Of a DNA stretch of 64,000 bases, positions 12,641-25,744 are shown in pieces (position 1 is the stretch's first letter; each line of letters starts with the position of its first letter). Position numbers and translations under genes: made by a program. Under the pieces are notes generated by a model. The model had not been told where the DNA came from. It made no database searches and worked only from the letters and a program-made list of their open reading frames with translations. The stretch comes from Octopus vulgaris (lineage: Eukaryota): assembly GCA_951406725.2 (NCBI GenBank), contig OX597840.1:15686001-15750000 (forward strand). The letters are read 5' to 3'.

Positions 12641-13682
12641 AACTGCACAAAATCCTGTCAGACAGAAAGTATCTGGTTTGGGGGGATGGCCAAGGAGGAT
12701 CTATAAGTTGTTCCAATTTTATAGCACCACAAAACAGTAAGCTGCAGAATCAAAAACACACCAGACAAAATTCTTAGTGAGATTCTTTCAATCTTGGTTT
12801 CAAATACAACCATAGTCATTTTTGCCTTTCAATGTTTCAAGGTCAATAAAATAAATACCAGTTGAGCAAAGAGGTCGGTGTGGATATCTAGCCTCCTCCC
12901 CTAAATTTCAAGGTCTTGTACCTATAGTAGGAATAATTTATCTACCACTATCACCACTGCTACTGCTACCACAAGTGACTCGCACTTCACTCTGGTGCAA
13001 GACATTCCATTGCAAGCATTTGGATAAAATCTCTGTTGCTAACAAAGGAATAATTCTATGTGAGAGTGGGTGCATGCATACATACATACAGAGAGAGAGA
13101 GATGCATACATACATACATACATACTTACATACTTACATAGAGAGAAAGAGAGAGATACATACATAGAGAGAGATATATATACATACATACTTACATAGA
13201 GAGACAGACAGAGAGAGAGAGAGATGCATACATACATACATATGTGTGTGTGTGTGTGTGTGTGTGTGTATGAAATAGTACTTGGCATAGTAATGTTGTC
13301 AATATTGTTGCCCACACTTCTGATGTTGTTGTTCATGTTATTGCCCACTTCCTCTCCACCCCCGCTTCATCCTGGCCCACTGGCCTATTTCCAATACACA
13401 ATACACATTGTTTACATAAACACAAAAAACATATATAATAATAATAATAATAATAAGGATAAGGATAAAAGTCAACCAAAGTAAGAGACAGATTATGGTG
13501 CAGAGAGTGAAGTGGCAGAGACGGTGGGATGGGATTGTTGCAGAAGGATTGGCCTTTGTTGTTGATGTTGCTGTTGTTGTTGAACTGATTTACTTCACAT
13601 GCATGCTGCGTGTTTAATCTGGAAAAATTAATCTGATTAGAAGCATATCTGAGAAGCTTTCACTCATAAAGCAAAGTTTTGA

Positions 13683-13737
<55 letters not shown>

Positions 13738-15776
13738 GTAAAAGATGATAAAAAGATTATTTGTTATGTGTTTGTTGGTTTTTATTTGTCTATATTTGTT
13801 TAGCTTCCTCGAGGTTATACTAGGTGTGAGGGACATGATGCAGGCACTTTCTGCATATTTGTCAATATGTGTGTATGTAAATACACACACACATACACAT
13901 TCACATAGACACACACACACACACATAAATATATCGAAATTGTGATATTTGGTCAATAACTGATGAGGAATTGAGGATTTGAGCCTGTCCACATCCACTG
14001 TGTGCCTTACTTGTTTCTCCACACATCCCTTGCTCACCCTTGTACTAGATTTTTATTATATATCAAATATGTATGTGTGTGTGAGTGCATGCATTAGTAT
14101 GTGGATCTCTATCTTTCTATATATATATATATACACTTATATACACACACACACACATTCATGCATATATACATGCATACATATATACATTCATACATAA
14201 ATACACACACACACACACACCATTTATACGCATAAATCTGCTTACTTTGAATTATATGTAAACATATATTCATACTCCTACAAGTCATTTTGTAGGATGC
14301 GTGTATTTATATCTGTGTGAGTGTATTTACACAAACATATACAATATAAACTAGATTTATTAATTAATACATAAACACATACACACACACGAATACATAA
14401 TGAACGTCTTGGGACAAATCCAAACTGATAATTCCCAAAAGTGATGAAATTCAACATCAAATTCAGCGTTATTTTGACCATGATCAGAAGCAGTGCAGAA
14501 CTACTGTGTATTTAACCACAACAACAATGAAAGGATAAAATAATTATGATTTCATTTATTTGCCACCAGGGCGAAGGATGAGAGAGACAATACAAAGACA
14601 GATATAAAGTGTAAGGGTTTACATATAATGAAATGATAAAATAATTAAATAACACAAAAAAAATTATTTTTAATTTTAAAAAATGTAAGCATACACAGTA
14701 TACAATCAAAAGGAAGTGAAATATACATAGTATAAAAAGAAGAGGGGACGGATGATAGAGTATAATGATGATGATGATGGTGGTGATGATAAAAATAATA
14801 ATAATAATAGTAATAAGAATAACAATAATGGTAATGATTTCCGACATCGGCACAAGGCCAGGAATTTAGGTAGAATGGTTTAATCGATTAAATCAATCAC
14901 AGAACTTAACTGCAACTTAGTTTTATCAAATCTGGGAGGATGATTTGAACTCCTGATACGCTACAAGGTATACAATGGGGAAGATGAGAGTTAACACTTG
15001 ACTCCCACCACAAGGGGCACTCCCAGGTGATATCCTGTCACCGATAGGTGAAGTGAGGTTATCTATGATAATAAACACAAAATTCTGTCCATCCGTCCGT
15101 CTGCCTGGGACCCCTGTATCTCAATCTACATATGCTCTACACAGACATATTATACCATTTTGGAATCAGGATGATCCCAGCATTGAAAATATGCCCTTTA
15201 TCTGGTTCTTGAACATCCAGCATTGGGATCAGGTCTGGATGGGGATTTGTTATATGTTAACAGCTGAATATTCAAATTTTAAAAGAACTCAAAAAATGTG
15301 TGAACTTAAAGTTTTTCATGTAAACTGAATTTAAAGGAATACTATATTAGTAGAACGCTTTGAGTTCAAATTCCGCCAAGGTCAACTTTGTCTTTCATCC
15401 TTTCGAGATCAATAAATTAAGTACCAGTTGCATACTAGGGTCGATCTAATCGACTAGCCCCCTCCCCCAAAACTTCAGGCCTTGTGCCTAGAGTAGGAAA
15501 GATTATTATTGTTCTCATTAGTTTTGGGCTTCAGGCCAAATTAACCCTCTGCCGGAGCTAGCTTAGAAAATTGCACAGAGTGTGGCTTTTAAGGTAATGT
15601 AGAATAGACTGTTCTGCCCAGTAACAATAACAATATTCTCACAACAGATTCAAAATAATGATTCATTTAGTATGTAATCCTGGTCTTAACCTCTGAACTA
15701 TTATTGTCGCATTTATGCCAAATCTTAATCATCCATCATCCCAGTTAGGTTATTGAACTATCAGTAAACACTTCAT

Positions 15777-16008
15777 TCTCTTTTATTCTTTTACTTGTTT
15801 CAGTCATTTGACTGCAGCCATGCTGGAGCACCACCTTAAAGTGTTTTTTGGTTGAAGAGATCGACCCCAGGACTTATTCTTTGTAAGTCTAGCACTTACT
15901 CTATTGGTCTCTTTTGCCAAACGACTAAATTACAGGGATGTAAACACACCAACATTAGTTGTCAAGTGATGGTGAGGGAGACAAATACAGACACAAAGAC
16001 ATAAATAT

Positions 16009-16039
<31 letters not shown>

Positions 16040-16270
16040 CAGGGACATAAACACACCAAGATCAGTTGTCAAGCAATGGTGGAGGGAAAAGCACACAAAT
16101 ATATACATATTTATACACAATGGGCTTCTTTTAGTTTCTGTCTACCATATCCACTCACAAGGCTTTGGTCAGCCCTAGGATATAGTAGAAGACACTTGCC
16201 ACACAGTGGGACTGAACCCAGAACCATGTGGTTGAGAAGCAAGTTTCTTACCACACAACCATGCCTGCGC

Positions 16271-16346
<76 letters not shown>

Positions 16347-16701
16347 GCGCAGGCATGGTTGTGTGGTAAGAAACTTGCTTCTCAACCACATGGTTCTGGG
16401 TTCAGTCCCACTGTGTCTAATATATCCTAGGGCTGACCAAAGCCTTGTGAGTGGATATGGTAGACAGAAACTAAAAGAAGCCCATTGTGTATAAATATGT
16501 ATATATTTGTGTGCTTTTCCCTCCACCATTGCTTGACAACTGATCTTGGTGTGTTTATGTCCCTGTAACTTAGCGGTTTGTCAAAAGAGGCTGATAGAAT
16601 ATGTACCAGGCTTACAAAGAAGAAGTCTAGGGGTCAATTTCTTTGATGAAAAGACAGTTCTCCAGTATGGCCACAATCAAAATGACTGAAACAAGTAAAA
16701 G
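15777..16701. mobile_element. Composite of family-A SINEs: minus 3' half, then an inverted duplicate pair around (AT)n
   Basis: 15777-16037 minus; 16038-16276 minus; 16341-16701 plus. Confidence 0.9.
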
Positions 16702-16717
16702 TATATATATATATATA

Positions 16718-18059
16718 CTAGCATTATGACCCGTTGTTGCCGGGTCATAGTGCTAGTGCATGTATATATGTGTATATATATGTGTACATATTACATGTAC
16801 ATCTATATATATACATCTACATATAAAATACAAAGTTATATCTTGATATCGCTAATGATAACAATACTCAAAATATATAATAGACTGGAATTGTTAGCCC
16901 GTCTCTTGTAATTTCAATCAATTGTATCTTGTCCTCCCTCTTGTATAGACGGGTGGCTACAATCCAGCCTACCTCAACTTCTGGGGTGGGGGAACATTTT
17001 AAATTTTTATCCGTCACGTCCTACGTCCCAGATATAAAGGTAAAAATAAAATATTTCCACTTTGCAAATTCGAGTCGAGTACTCCCTTGCACGCTCTGTT
17101 GACTCGAACCTTGCTTCTATTGTGGCAAATTTACCGCCTCTGGTTTCATAGTTGCACCAAGACACTTTTCAATGGTGCTTTCCTCCAGGTGTTCAAATCT
17201 TCTTTTTTCTCTACATTGTATACTTTATAGACAATAGTCTTTTCTTTAATTTAATTTTTTATTATCCATCTGGACTATTCCATTTCTGCACGCTAATTTT
17301 ATTTTTAATTTATTCCCATTCATATGAAACCACTTATTCAAGTTCAAGTCATTGATGCAATTTTATACCAATTGCTATTTTTACTTTTGTTATGTTACGA
17401 TTATATTATACTTTAGTTTGATTTTAATTATTACTTACTACATATAATTCAATTGTTATCATTATTTTTATTGTTAAAGCGCAGGAGTGGCTGTGTGGTA
17501 AGTAGCTTGCTAACCAACCACATGGTTCCGGGTTCAGTCCCACTGCGTGGCATCTTGGGCAAGTGTCTTCTGCTATAGCCTCGGGCCGACCAATGCCTTG
17601 TGAGTGAATTTGGTAGACGGAAACTGAAAGAAGCCTGTCGTATATATGTATATATATATGTATGTGTATGTATATGTTTGTGTGTCTGTGTTTGTCCCTC
17701 TAGCATTGCTTGACAACCGATGCTGGTGTGTTTACGTCCCCATCACTTAGCGGTTCAGCAAAAGAGACCGATAGAATAAGTACTGGGCATACAAAGAATA
17801 AGTAAAAGAGTAAAGAGTATCTGACATAAAATAGAGAAATGTTTTTGTTTCACTTTTAACACGTAATACTGAAATAGTGGAGAAGATATGGGCTCGCTCT
17901 AGGCAAGAAGTTGAACATTTTTTTTGCCGATGACACTCCCCGGACCCTAAGTAAGGCACGTGTAAAATTTGAATGAAATTGGTTGTGTAGTTCTCAAGTT
18001 TTAGGGAAACACACAGACAGACAGACATACACACATTCTCAGTTTTATATATAGAGAGA
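16718..18059 (-). mobile_element. Non-autonomous Helitron with a nested SINE
   Basis: Minus-strand 5' tctctctatatataaaac at 18059. The 3' hairpin and CTAG at 16718-16760 are shared with the 42382-42764 element. The two ends could belong to separate copies. Confidence 0.7.
17478..17817 (+). mobile_element. SINE family A nested in a Helitron-like element
   Basis: Near-consensus copy with an internal deletion before the tail. Confidence 0.9.
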
Positions 18060-18479
18060 TAATTATATAAGGGTAGAAATTGAAATTAATCAATTAAAAC
18101 CAGTGGCCTAGCATATTTTTAAAAAATCCGAAGATTAAAAATTTTTTTACATACAAAATTTAGAGGACTGACCACTAAAAGTGGACAGCCTATATGCTAG
18201 ATATAAAAATCAAATCGCCATTTTCCACGAAGAATGTGTTCTCAAGAAAAACTCAGCAAAAAACCAAACTGTAAAAATAAGCAAGACAAATAAAAATATA
18301 CGAAATAAAAAACGATTACTTATGTATTAATTAGTTTCACTTGTTAATATTTACGTATATGGACATGCAAACATCTGCAAGATCATCAGCATAGTCTGTC
18401 GGTTACAAAACACAATTTCCAGAACTAGATACAGAATGCTCAACCAATAGCATATAGGCTATCTACTTTTAGTGGTCAG

Positions 18480-19435
18480 TCATCGTTTAGAGTCCGTTCT
18501 CCATGCTAGCATGGGTTGGACGGTTCGACCAGGATCTGGGAAGAAAGAAGGCTGCACCAGGCTCCAGTCTGATCTGGCAGTGTTTCTACAGCTGGATGCC
18601 CTTCCTAATGCCAACCACTCCGTGAGTGTAGTGGGTGCTTTTTACATGCCACCGGCACAGGTGCCAGGCGTGGCTGGCAATGGCCACGATCGGATTGGTG
18701 CTTTTTACGTGCCGCCGGCACGGAAGCCAGTCAAGGCAACGCTGGCATTGGCCACGTTTGGCTAGTGCTTTTTACGTGCCACCGGCACGGAACCCAGTCA
18801 AGGCAGCACTGGCATCAGCCATGTTCGGATGGTGCTTTTTATGTGCCACCGGCACAGGGATCACAGCTACAATTTCCATTGATTTTTGATTTTGGTGTAC
18901 TTGACTCAATAGGTCTCCTCAAGCACAGGGTCGAAACGGTGTTTCTTTACTTGCCACCTGCACAGGAGTCAGTCCAGCGGCACTGGCAACTGCCAGGTGC
19001 CAGTCATAGGATTGGTTCAATTTCGATTCCAATTTCACTTGCCCCAACAGATCTTCATAAGCAGAGTTTAGTGCCCAATGAAGGGAGGTTGGCATGGGTG
19101 CCAGTCACCAGATGAGGTTCGATTTCGAATTTAATTTCGTCTTCACTTGCCTCAACAGGTCTTCGTGTGTCCAAGGAAGGAAAGGCAAGCATAAGTGGGC
19201 TGGCTACATCCCTGGCAAGGGACACAGGATGGACTCACTTGTCCTGTCGGGTCTTCTCACGCACAGCATATTTCCAAAGGTCTCGGTCACTAGTCATTGC
19301 CTCGGTGAGGCCTAATGTTCGAAGGTCGTGCTTCACCACCTCGTCCCAGGTTTTCCTGGGTCTACCTCTTCCATGGGTTCCCTCAACCGCTAGGGATTGG
19401 CACTTTTTCACACACCTATCTTCATCCATTCTCAC

Positions 19436-19438
<3 letters not shown>
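18480..19438 (-). mobile_element. 3' end of a second, diverged RTE LINE copy, head-to-head with the + copy
   Basis: Reverse complement of the C-terminus and 3' UTR seen at ~21555-22255 (VVRMDEDRCVKKCQSLAVEGTHGRGRPRKTWDEVVKHDL...). Confidence 0.9.
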
Positions 19439-19467
<29 letters not shown>

Positions 19468-19469
<2 letters not shown>

Positions 19470-22272
19470 ATCAGGACTAAGAGGACAACCAGAAGACGAT
19501 CAGCATGGAGAAGAAGGATCTGAAAGCTTAAAGATCCTGTGAATGGACAGAGATTTAGGGACATGCTACTTGAAGCCTTTGACAAAGTAGAAGGGGATAC
19601 AGTATCACATGGCAACTGGACGTTTCTAAGGGACAACCTGCTGAGAGCCACTGACCAGATCTGTGGCTGGTGCAAAGTCCCCTCTCGTCCCAAGGTAACA
19701 TGGTGGTGGAACAATGTTGTAGACAGGGTTATTAGAGAAAAGAGACAGGCTTGGAAGGACTGGAAGAATGGTGGTAGCAGGGAATTGTATCAGACTGCCA
19801 AAAGGGAAGCTAGGAGACAGGTCTATCTAGCCAGAGGGGAAGCAGATAAGAAAAAATTTGCCAATGTTCTGCGCCGTGAGGACTGGAGGTGTTTCGTGTT
19901 TCAAGACAGTGTGTGAGAGAGAATTGTGATGTGGTAGTAGAGAAGTGTGTTCGCATGGAAGATGGTTCACTTGCGCTAAATGAGGATGCAAAGAGAGAGG
20001 TTTGGAGACGCCACTATGAAAGGTTGCTGAATAAAGAAAATGAATGGGATAAAGAGAGTCTGCCGAATGTTGACCCAACAGAGGGACCAGCTATCCGAGT
20101 TGACAGTTCCTTGGTAGTTAAGGCAATTAGAAGCATGAAGACAGGGAAAGCCCCAGGCCCATCAGGAATCACTGCAGAGATGCTCAAAATATCCGGCAGT
20201 GTCAGCTATAGCCTAGTCACCCGTATAGTTAATCAGGTGATACATGAAGGGGTCATACCCAATGACTGGTGTAGCAGCATAATAGTCAACTACTACAAAG
20301 GTAAAGGTGATGCCCTAGATACAAATAATTACAGAGGCATCAAGCTGTTGGATCAGGTAATGAAGGTTATGGAGAGGGTCATAGCCCAACTAATTAGAGA
20401 GAGAGTTAGTTTAGATGAGATGCAGTTTGGGTTCGTGCCAGGGAAAAGTACCACTGATGCTATATTCCTGGTAAAGCAGCTGCAGGAGAAATACCTAGCC
20501 AAAGATAAGCCCCTGTACCTGGCTTTTGTTCACATGGAGAAAGCCTTCGACAGGGTCCCCCGATCCCTTATCTGGTGGTCAATGAGGAAACTAGGGATAG
20601 ATGAATGGTTAGTGAGAGCTGTGCAAGCCATGTACAGGGACGCTGCTAGTAAGGTGAGGGTTGGCAACATGTACAGTGAAGAATTCCGGGTAGAGGTAGG
20701 GGTCCACCAAGGCTCAGTCCTCAGCCCCCTCCTATTTATCATAGTCCTCCAGGCAATAACGGAGGAATTCAAGACAGGATGCCCTTGGGAGCTCCTCTAT
20801 GCTGATGACCTTGCTCTAATTGCTGAGTCACTATCAGAACTGGAGGAGAGGTTTCAGGTGTGGAAGCAAGGATTAGAATCGAAGGGCTTTAGAGTCAATC
20901 TAGCTAAAACCAAAGTCCTAATAAGTAGGAAGGTAGACAAATCACAAACGCCTTCAGGTAGATGGCCCTGCTCGATCTGTAGAAAAGGTGTAGGTAGAAA
21001 CTCTATAAGATGCACCAAGTGTAAGCTATGGACACATAAGAGGTGCAGCAATGTCAAAGGAAGGCTAACTAGGAAGATAGTTTTTGTATGTGGCAGATGC
21101 TCAGAAACAATAAACGCTGGAAATGCTCTGAGACCAACTTCTGTCACTTTCCAGGGGAAAAAACTAGAAATAGTTGATAGCTTCCGTTACCTAGGTGACC
21201 AAGTCAGTAGCTGGGATGGGTGTGCTGAAAGTGTAACTGCTAGAGTAAGAATAGCTTGGGCAAAGTTCAGGGAGCTCTTACCTCTGCTGGTGACAAAAGG
21301 CCTCTCGCTCAGAGCAAAAGGCAGACTGTATGACGTGTGTGTACGAACAGCCATGCTACATGGCAGTGAAACATGGGCCATGACTGCTGAGGATATGCGT
21401 AAGCTCGCAAGAAATGAAGCCAGTATGCTCCGATGGATGTGTAATGTCAGTGTTCATACTCGACAGAGTGTAAGTACCTTGAGAGAAAAGCTGGACCTAA
21501 GAAGCATCAGATGTGGTGTGCAAGAGAGACGTTTGCGCTGGTATGGTCATGTGGCGAGAATGGGTGAAGATAGTTGTGTGAAAAAGTGTCACACCCTAGT
21601 GGTTGAGGGAAACCTGTGGAAGAGGCAGACCCAGGAAAACCTGGGACGAGGTAGTGAAGCACGACCTTCGAACTTTAGGTCTCACTGAGGAAATGACTAG
21701 AGACCAAAACCTCTGGAAGTATGCTGTGCGTGAGAAGACCCGGCAGGACAAGTGAGACCATAACCCGTGGCCTTCTACATGGGATGTAGCCAGTCCACTT
21801 ATGCATACCTTCCCTTCTTGGGACACAAAACTCTACTTGTGAAGACCTGTTGAGGCAAGTGAGAATCAGAATCAAAATCGATCAATGGAAATTGCAGCTG
21901 AGATACCAGTGCCGGTGGCATGTGAGAGAACCATCCGAACGTAGCCGTTGCCAGCGCCACCCCGACTGACGTAAAAAGCACGTAAAAAGCACCATCCATT
22001 CGTGGCCATTGCCAGCCCCGCCTGGCCCCCGTGCCGGTGGCACATAAAAAGCACCATCCGATCATGGCCGTTTGCCAGACTCGTCTGGCACGTAAAAAGC
22101 ACCCACTACACTCATGGAGTGGTTGGCGTTAGGAAGGGCATCCAGCCGTAGAAACATTGCCAGATCAGACTGGAGCCTGGTGCAGTCTCCTGGCTTCTCA
22201 TACCCTGGTCGAACTGTCCAACCCATGCTAGCATGGAAAGTGGACGCTAAACGATGATGATGATGATGATGA
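19468..22272 (+). mobile_element. 5'-truncated RTE-clade LINE with a frameshifted RT ORF, a repeated-motif 3' UTR and a (GAT)n tail
   Basis: ORFs 19539-19916 and 19889-21688 carry non-LTR RT motifs (GKAPGPSGI, NYRGIKLL, QFGFVPGKSTTDAI, KAFDRV, GVHQGSVLSPLLF, YADD, FRYLG, RRLRWYGHV, GRPRKTW-type end). Frameshifts lie near 19890 and 21610. The 3' UTR has repeated 'cacgtaaaaagcacc' units and ends 'aaacgatgatgatgat'. Confidence 0.93.
19889..21688 (+). pseudogene. Reverse transcriptase ORF of the RTE LINE (599 aa, disrupted) with an internal PHD-like Cys/His finger
   Basis: YADD is intact, but the usual motif-A Asp (F.D..KAFD) reads FVHMEKAFD. CxxC-x10-CxxC-x4-HxxC...CxxC lies between KTKVL and FRYLG. 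Confidence 0.88.
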
Positions 22273-22720
22273 TATACAACAAGCTTCTTTCTATTTACCA
22301 AATCCACTCACAAGGCTTTGGTCAGCCTAAGGCTATAGTAGAAGAGACACTTGCCCAAGGTTCCACACAGTGGGACTGAACCTGGAACCATGTGGTTAGG
22401 AAGTAAGCTTCTTGACGGAAAAAAAGGGGAGGGCAAAGCAGCAGAAGATGGAGAAACAGGTGTGATGGGTCACGGAGAATGGCTGGCACTATTCACTACA
22501 GTAGCCACTCCACCTCATGGAGCTCATTTCTCCAATTGACCATGGAGGAAATCGGTGGTACAGGGTCCTAACACACTCAACATCTCAACGGCAGCTGGCA
22601 GAAACCGATAGCAAATGAATATAACTCTTCCTCTAACAGATGCCCCAGTTGAGTGATATGACAAGTGCCTTGCTTGGGTTTCAGCCATCTTAGTATTTTT
22701 GATAACTAGGCTTCTGCCTG

Positions 22721-23250
22721 GCCAGCTCACGAAATTTTTTTTCCACAAGAGTTCTGGACCCCAGTTATGAACTCATTTGCATACAGCCAATCAGAGCTTA
22801 ACTATCAAACTAACTCATGAGCACATAACAAGTGATGGGTGATAAGATAAGGTCCCTTGGGTAAGGAATGACCATGCTTGTTTTCTCTTTTAATAATCCT
22901 TGTTGTTCTTGTTCTTCTTTCAACCAACGCTGTCTCTGCATAGCTATTTGTGTTGTTGTTTACTTTCTAAAACAGTAAGGGGAGAGGGTTGCTAGCACAT
23001 CACTCTCTACCCACATTTTTCCCATCCACATCTTTACCATATGGGGCCCTAACAAAATCTGATAATAGGTATAGATGTGAATCTATCTAATTACTTGTCT
23101 CCTAAAAATCAGGCATAACTTGGTGATTGGTCAACTTACAATACCATTATTCATCTTGAGTTTATTTGGCAACAAGGTCAAGGTGAGCTCTGATTGGCTG
23201 TATGCAAATGAGTTCATTACTCTCGTAGGAAAAAAAATTTTGCAGCTGGC
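22721..23250. mobile_element. MITE-like element with long imperfect TIRs containing octamer and CCAAT motifs
   Basis: atgaactcatttgcatacagccaatcagagct (22767-22798) is the exact reverse complement of 23186-23217. Confidence 0.65.
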
Positions 23251-24696
23251 TCTTGTTAAACCATCCCACCTATGTCAGCATGGAAGGCAGATGTTAAACA
23301 ATGATGATGAAGATGATGATGTACACCACAACTAGAGATGAGGGCAGTAGTTCACTAACTGAATTAGTCGATCCAGTCACAAGTCACTTTGTTGTCTGTT
23401 CATCCACTCAGCCTCTAGAAATATATGCCATTGATTCAATCAGGCCATCATCGCCATCGTCATTCTTTAATGTTTGCTTTCCATGCTGGGACAGGTTGGA
23501 TGGTTTGACATAGAGCTGACAAGCACAGTAGTCTAGTATGTAATAAAATGTGTAAAAGCTTGACCGGGCTTAAAAGTCATGTAAGGGCATCAATCATGGC
23601 AACAATCATGAATCATTTCAATAAGTCTTCTTGGCAATGGCTTTTCTCATGTAACAAGAATGCAGCTGTGGTGTATGTGTGTGTGTGTGCGTGTGTGTAT
23701 GTCTTCCTTCACATCTACCATGCTGCATCCTCTGATCTCAACATACCCTGGCTCATATGATGACATTCTATCTAACCCATAACTGGGTGTGACTTTAACC
23801 CTTTCGTTTCTGTTGAACTACCTTGCATTTCTTTCATTTAATTTTGAAAATAATAAAAGAATTTGGTGAAATATCTCGGTCATTATTAATCTGGGTAAAT
23901 GGAACATAAATTAACAAAGAATTTTAATGGGAAATTTTGATTTGGATCACTTAATATAGAAAGTTTGAGTCATAAAAAGCAGGGGTGGTCTTGGGTAGGT
24001 TGGTAGCAAAAGGGTTGAACAGCCTGCTGTTCTGGAGCTCTGGTCTGTGAGTTCCAGACTTTTGTGGAGTGTGAAATCACTTCTCAGCCACTTTTTTTCC
24101 CGGGTCTGTTCTGATAAATTCTTAATGGAATAGTTCAGCAGAGATGAATCATCTCAATATAAACCTGGAAGTAATAATCTGGCATTGCCATTTTGTAACA
24201 GTGTCTTTTACAATCTGTTCACTGTCCCATTCTGTACCACATTCCTTCATGTCTTTTACTGCGACACAACTATAGCTTCTCTCAGTTAATATCCTCAACA
24301 CAGAGTTATAAATTCCATCAAAGTTGTTTTTTTTTTCTTTCTCTCTCTGTAAATACAATAAAGTCATAAAAACACTAAAAGCTTCCTCCTGTTTCCATAA
24401 ATTGCTTGAAGTAAAGTAAAAGATTAAATATGATAAAAACTACAAACGCAGAGTGCAACTGTGTCAAAGGGTTATGAGAGGGGATTTCTTGGAGAATTCA
24501 CTTTGATTTCTCTACATGTTACATTCATAGATACATGCTTAAATATGACAAACACATAGCATCAATCACAAGTGAAAATGACTTGGTAGCACACAAATTG
24601 TGTGTGTGTGTGTGTGTGTGTGTGTGAAGATGCATGGCTCAGTGGTTAGAGCATTGGGCTCACAATCATGAGGTAGTGAGTTCAATTCCTAGACCA

Positions 24697-25062
24697 ACCT
24701 CATCTTACTGAAATCGTCCCTGTACAAGGCTTGTACAGCTCTCATGAACTAGTCTATCCCTAGTTTCCACATTGACCACTCACCAGGTAAGGAATTGGGG
24801 TACTCTGTCAAAGGCTTTCTCCAAGTTAACAAGAGCCAAGTACAGAAGTTTATCTTTAGCTAGGTATTTCTCCTGCAGTTGCCTTACCAGAAATATAGCA
24901 TCAGTGGTACTTCTACCTGGCACAAACCCAAACTGCATCTCATCTAGACTAACTCTCTCCCTAATTAGTTGGGCTATGACTTTCTCTGCAACTCTCATCA
25001 CCTGATCCAATATTTTGATACCTCTGTAATTATTTCTAAGGCATCACTTTTACCTTTACTTC
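24697..25062 (-). mobile_element. Internal RT fragment of the RTE LINE embedded in a SINE
   Basis: ORF 24780-25010 (IAQLIRERVSLDEMQFGFVPGRSTTDAIFLV..KAFDRVP) is nearly identical to the RT at 20350-20580. A SINE head precedes it at ~24628-24697. Confidence 0.85.
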
Positions 25063-25744
25063 AACACCTGATGTGTGGCACACAGGGCACCTGTTCAGAC
25101 AATGTCGATTTGATGGTGGGAGCTAATATGTGGCACGAACATTTGATCCCTATAAACAAGTCATTTGTACAGGTCGTTCAGCAGAAAAGCTGAATGCTCA
25201 TACGTCGTCTTCAACGGGAGTGTCTGTTATTATTATGTGTGTGTGCCTGTCTGTGTTTGTCCCCCACCGCTACCACTCAACAACTGGTGTTGGTGTGTTT
25301 ACATTCCCATAACTTTGCAATTTAGTAAAAGAGATCAATTGAATAACTACCAGGATTTCAAAAATAAGTTCTTGGCAGGAGGGAGTCAATTCATTTGACT
25401 AAAAATTCTTCAAGGCGGTAGTGCTCCAGCATGGCCCCAGTCTAATGACTGAAACAAACAAACAAATAAAAGAAAAGACAAGAGATATCCACCCAAAATA
25501 TATTTAAAATATGCCAGGTATTCCAGTGATGCCAACACAGATTTGCATGGTACCCGGCACCAGTGACCTGCTGACGCAACTCTGTTCTGTCTGCTGGTGA
25601 CAGGAATGGTTAAATTATCACCATATTTTAACATGTATAAGGAACCCCTATTTTGGCGGGGGGTGGGCTTAAAATTTGGCAGACGACTTTGCAAGAGATT
25701 GTAATACTAACTATGTATAAGAAGCTCCCATATTTCTTATACAT

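Noticed and set aside
19889-21688. Active autonomous LINE
   Set aside because: It is 5'-truncated (no endonuclease), has two frameshifts, and has a His at a normally catalytic Asp position.
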